Of a stretch of 64,000 bases of DNA, positions 61,422 to 64,000 are shown in pieces. The position numbers were made by a program, and so were the translations under genes. Under the pieces are notes generated by a model. That model was not told where the DNA came from. It did no database searches and saw only the letters and a program-made list of their open reading frames with translations. Location: assembly GCA_963662275.1 (NCBI GenBank), contig OY759316.1:96001-160000 (forward strand), read 5' to 3'. How positions within the stretch are numbered: position 1 is the first letter of the stretch; every line of letters begins with the position of its first letter. This DNA is from Candidatus Cloacimonadales bacterium. Its GTDB lineage: Bacteria > Cloacimonadota > Cloacimonadia > Cloacimonadales > DAONDQ01.

Positions 61422-62033
61422 ATGGCTGATAAACTTCAAGAATTAACAGAACGAATCTACCAGGAAGGGGTTACAAAAGCAAAGCAGGAAGCTGATCGCA
61501 TTCTAGCTGAGACAAATGCCAAAGCTGCTGAATTGATTAAAAAAGCAGAAAATGATGCCCAACAAATTCGCAAAGAAGCCCAGGCATTGGCAGAAGAAAC
61601 CCGCAAAAATGTAAACTCCGAACTCCAATTAGCTGCCAAACAGGCAACCAGTGCACTCAAGCAGCAAATCTCCGAACTCATCATTGCCAAAGTGATCGAA
61701 CCATCTGCAGGAAAGATATGGGAAGACCCAAGTTTCCTGAAGAAAATGGTGGAAGCTGCCATTCAGAATTGGCATCAGGGTAATGAACTGGGAGAAGTAT
61801 CCGTAACATTCCCGAAGAACCTGGAAAAGGAAATGGACGAGTTTTTCCAAAAATCCAGTTCTGCAATTATTAGTAAAGGTCTGAAAATTAATTACAGTGA
61901 GAATTTACAATCCGGTTTCTCGATAGGACCAGCAGATGGAAGTTACAAGATCAATTTCTCGGAAGAGGACTTTGCCAGTTTCTTCAAACATTACCTGCGT
62001 CCTAGAGCAATCAAAATACTCTACGGTGAATAA
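61422..62033 (+). CDS. V/A-type ATP synthase subunit E
   Basis: KLQELTERIYQEGV, coiled coil, GFSIGPADGSYKI and YLRPR motifs; first gene of the operon. Confidence 0.88.
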   Translation: MADKLQELTERIYQEGVTKAKQEADRILAETNAKAAELIKKAENDAQQIRKEAQALAEETRKNVNSELQLAAKQATSALKQQISELIIAKVIEPSAGKIWEDPSFLKKMVEAAIQNWHQGNELGEVSVTFPKNLEKEMDEFFQKSSSAIISKGLKINYSENLQSGFSIGPADGSYKINFSEEDFASFFKHYLRPRAIKILYGE

Positions 62034-62038
62034 TATCC

Positions 62039-62881
62039 ATGGCTAGGGAATATTACTATTTCGTAGCCGGATTACCCTCCATTACGATGGAGGATGCTAA
62101 AGCCGCTCGGGATTTGGATGCGTTCCGTCTCGAGATGAAGAATCAGCTTCATGAAGATGATTTTGATTTAGTTAAATTGCTTTTTCTGGCAGATGATCGG
62201 GATAATCTTCTGAATCTTGTCCTTCATTTGGAAAAACCCTGGCTACCACATGGAAATTATCCTCCTTTCATTCTCACGGATGAATCAACATATCCGCAAA
62301 ATCTTCCTGAATTTATGCGAAAATTCATCAAAGCTTTCCGTGATGAAGAACCAATATTTTCCGGTATCTCGTGGGAAAATCAATTAACAACACTTTTCTA
62401 TGAGTATTTGTCAGAAAATTCCAACAGCTTTATCCAGGAATGGTTTGAATTCGAAAAAAACCTGAACAACCTGCTGACTGCATTGTTCTGCCGTAAGAAT
62501 GGCATTCCCCATGAGAGGGAGATTGTTGGTTTTGATGCAGTCAGTGAAATTATTAGACACAGTAATGCTACAGATTTCGGTGTCTCAAAGATGTTTCCTT
62601 ACCTCGATAAATTATTCCAAATCTATGACAATCCGGATATTCTCGAAAGAGAGAAACTGGTGGATCAGATGAAATGGAAATGGATTGATGACAGGAATTT
62701 CTTTCATTATTTTGATATAGATTTGATTCTCGGTTACACGGCTAAGGTTAGAATTGCCGAACGCTGGCAAAAGATGCAGCCTGAACTGGGAAAAGATACA
62801 TTTCAGCACATATTGGATGAATTGGAAGATAGCTTCCAGTTCGGTGATGATTTTACATTAGCGAAAAAGGATAGAATATGA
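62039..62881 (+). CDS. DUF2764 family V/A-ATPase-associated protein (subunit C position)
   Basis: YYYFVAGLP, WFEFEKNLNN and EREKLVDQMKW..YFDIDLILGY..IAERW motifs; lies between subunits E and A. Confidence 0.85.
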   Translation: MAREYYYFVAGLPSITMEDAKAARDLDAFRLEMKNQLHEDDFDLVKLLFLADDRDNLLNLVLHLEKPWLPHGNYPPFILTDESTYPQNLPEFMRKFIKAFRDEEPIFSGISWENQLTTLFYEYLSENSNSFIQEWFEFEKNLNNLLTALFCRKNGIPHEREIVGFDAVSEIIRHSNATDFGVSKMFPYLDKLFQIYDNPDILEREKLVDQMKWKWIDDRNFFHYFDIDLILGYTAKVRIAERWQKMQPELGKDTFQHILDELEDSFQFGDDFTLAKKDRI

Positions 62882-64000
62882 TGACAACAGGTAGCATCAA
62901 AGGGGTTATCGCCAATCTGGTGCTTGTCGAGGTCAACGGCGCAGTTTCACAAAATGAAATATGCCACATTGATCTGGATGGCACTCCACTGATGGCAGAA
63001 GTCATCAAGATTTTGGGCAAAATCGCTTATGTCCAGGTGTTTGAAAGCACTCGTGGATTAAAAGTCGGACACAAGGTAGAGTTCTCAGGTCACATGCTCG
63101 AAGTGACACTTGGTCCGGGAATGCTGTCCAAAAGCTATGATGGTTTACAAAACGATTTGAACAAAATGGAAGGAATCTTCCTGAAACGTGGGGAAAGAAC
63201 CCAAGCCTTGGATGAAGATAAGCTCTGGGATTTCAAACCTATCGCAAAAGCTGGTGATATTGTTGAAGCCGGTTTTTATCTGGGACAGGTACAGGAAAAT
63301 TGGATTCACCACAAGATCATGGTTCCACTTGGCTTTCAAGGGAAATACACGGTCAATGATGTTGCCGAACCAGGTGAATACAACGTGAATGATGTCATCG
63401 CAACTATCGTTGATGACAAGGGAAACAAGATCAAAGTTACCATGGTTCAGAAATGGGCAGTGAAGATACCTATTAAAGCTTATCGAGAAAAACCGCGTCC
63501 CTTTAAACTGATGGAAACAGGTGTCCGGATCATCGATAGTTTGAACCCCATCGCTGAAGGCGGTACGGGATTTATTCCCGGTCCATTCGGATGTGGTAAA
63601 ACAGTGTTGCAGCATCAATTATCAAAACATGCGGAAGCTGATTTGATCATTGTAGCCGCCTGTGGTGAACGAGCCAATGAAGTGGTGGAAATCTTTGTTG
63701 AATTCCCCGAACTGGATGACCCACGTACAGGTCGTAAATTGATGGAAAGAACCATCATCATCTGTAATACTTCCAACATGCCGGTTGCTGCTCGTGAAGC
63801 TTCTGTGTACACAGCAATGACCATTGCTGAATACTATCGTTCCATGGGCTTGAAAGTTCTCCTATTGGCAGACTCCACTTCCCGTTGGGCACAGGCACTT
63901 CGTGAAATGTCCAACCGTATGGAAGAATTACCCGGACCGGATGCATTTCCCATGGACTTACCTGCCATCATTTCCAATTTCTATTCACGTGCAGGATTCA
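62878..64000 (+). CDS. atpA: V/A-type ATP synthase subunit A (partial, runs off the window)
   Basis: Not in the ORF track; hand translation gives MMTTGSIKGVIANLV..QVFESTRGL..LGPGML..IPGPFGCGKTV..CGERANE..NTSNMPVAAREAS..DSTSRWAQALRE. ATGA overlap with the DUF2764 gene. Confidence 0.95.
   Translation, partial: MMTTGSIKGVIANLVLVEVNGAVSQNEICHIDLDGTPLMAEVIKILGKIAYVQVFESTRGLKVGHKVEFSGHMLEVTLGPGMLSKSYDGLQNDLNKMEGIFLKRGERTQALDEDKLWDFKPIAKAGDIVEAGFYLGQVQENWIHHKIMVPLGFQGKYTVNDVAEPGEYNVNDVIATIVDDKGNKIKVTMVQKWAVKIPIKAYREKPRPFKLMETGVRIIDSLNPIAEGGTGFIPGPFGCGKTVLQHQLSKHAEADLIIVAACGERANEVVEIFVEFPELDDPRTGRKLMERTIIICNTSNMPVAAREASVYTAMTIAEYYRSMGLKVLLLADSTSRWAQALREMSNRMEELPGPDAFPMDLPAIISNFYSRAGF

Overview
Bacterial chromosomal window, AT-rich. 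By inference it is from Candidatus Cloacimonadota, based on many secreted proteins with FlgD-Ig/'YPNPF' C-terminal domains, a KamC-like ATPase and a V/A-type ATPase with DUF2764. 1-13.7 kb: four large secreted proteins (two paralogous endonuclease-I/FN3 proteins, one with a 1032-bp internal tandem repeat; a LamG-like protein; a gingipain/C25 protease). 13.8-30.5 kb: mostly housekeeping and regulatory genes (olsB/olsA-like pair, U32 protein, degenerate UvrC-N homologue, purC, response regulator, hybrid kinase, secreted metallophosphoesterase, gap, fba, EIIA-CBS). 31.3-43.1 kb: accessory phospho-threonine signalling locus. It contains a tightly coupled operon (Zn-FHA, membrane vWA-FHA, PP2C, lipoprotein, M48 protease, LEA-2-like, FHA-FHA-ABC exporter), preceded by a kinase-RCC1 gene, an MNT-HEPN toxin-antitoxin pair, a truncated kinase copy and an FGE/C-type-lectin protein whose 3' end has the codon pattern of a DGR variable repeat. 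I found no reverse transcriptase or template repeat in the window. A triple-FGE paralogue is split by a complete IS21-family element (52459-55140, TTGT target duplication). The window ends with a KamC-like ATPase, a modular secreted carbohydrate-binding protein and the start of the V/A-ATPase operon. Intergenic DNA is dense with REP-like palindromes, including an 11 x 28-bp tandem array (not CRISPR), plus 11-bp-periodic tracts. No rRNA, tRNA or CRISPR array was recognised.
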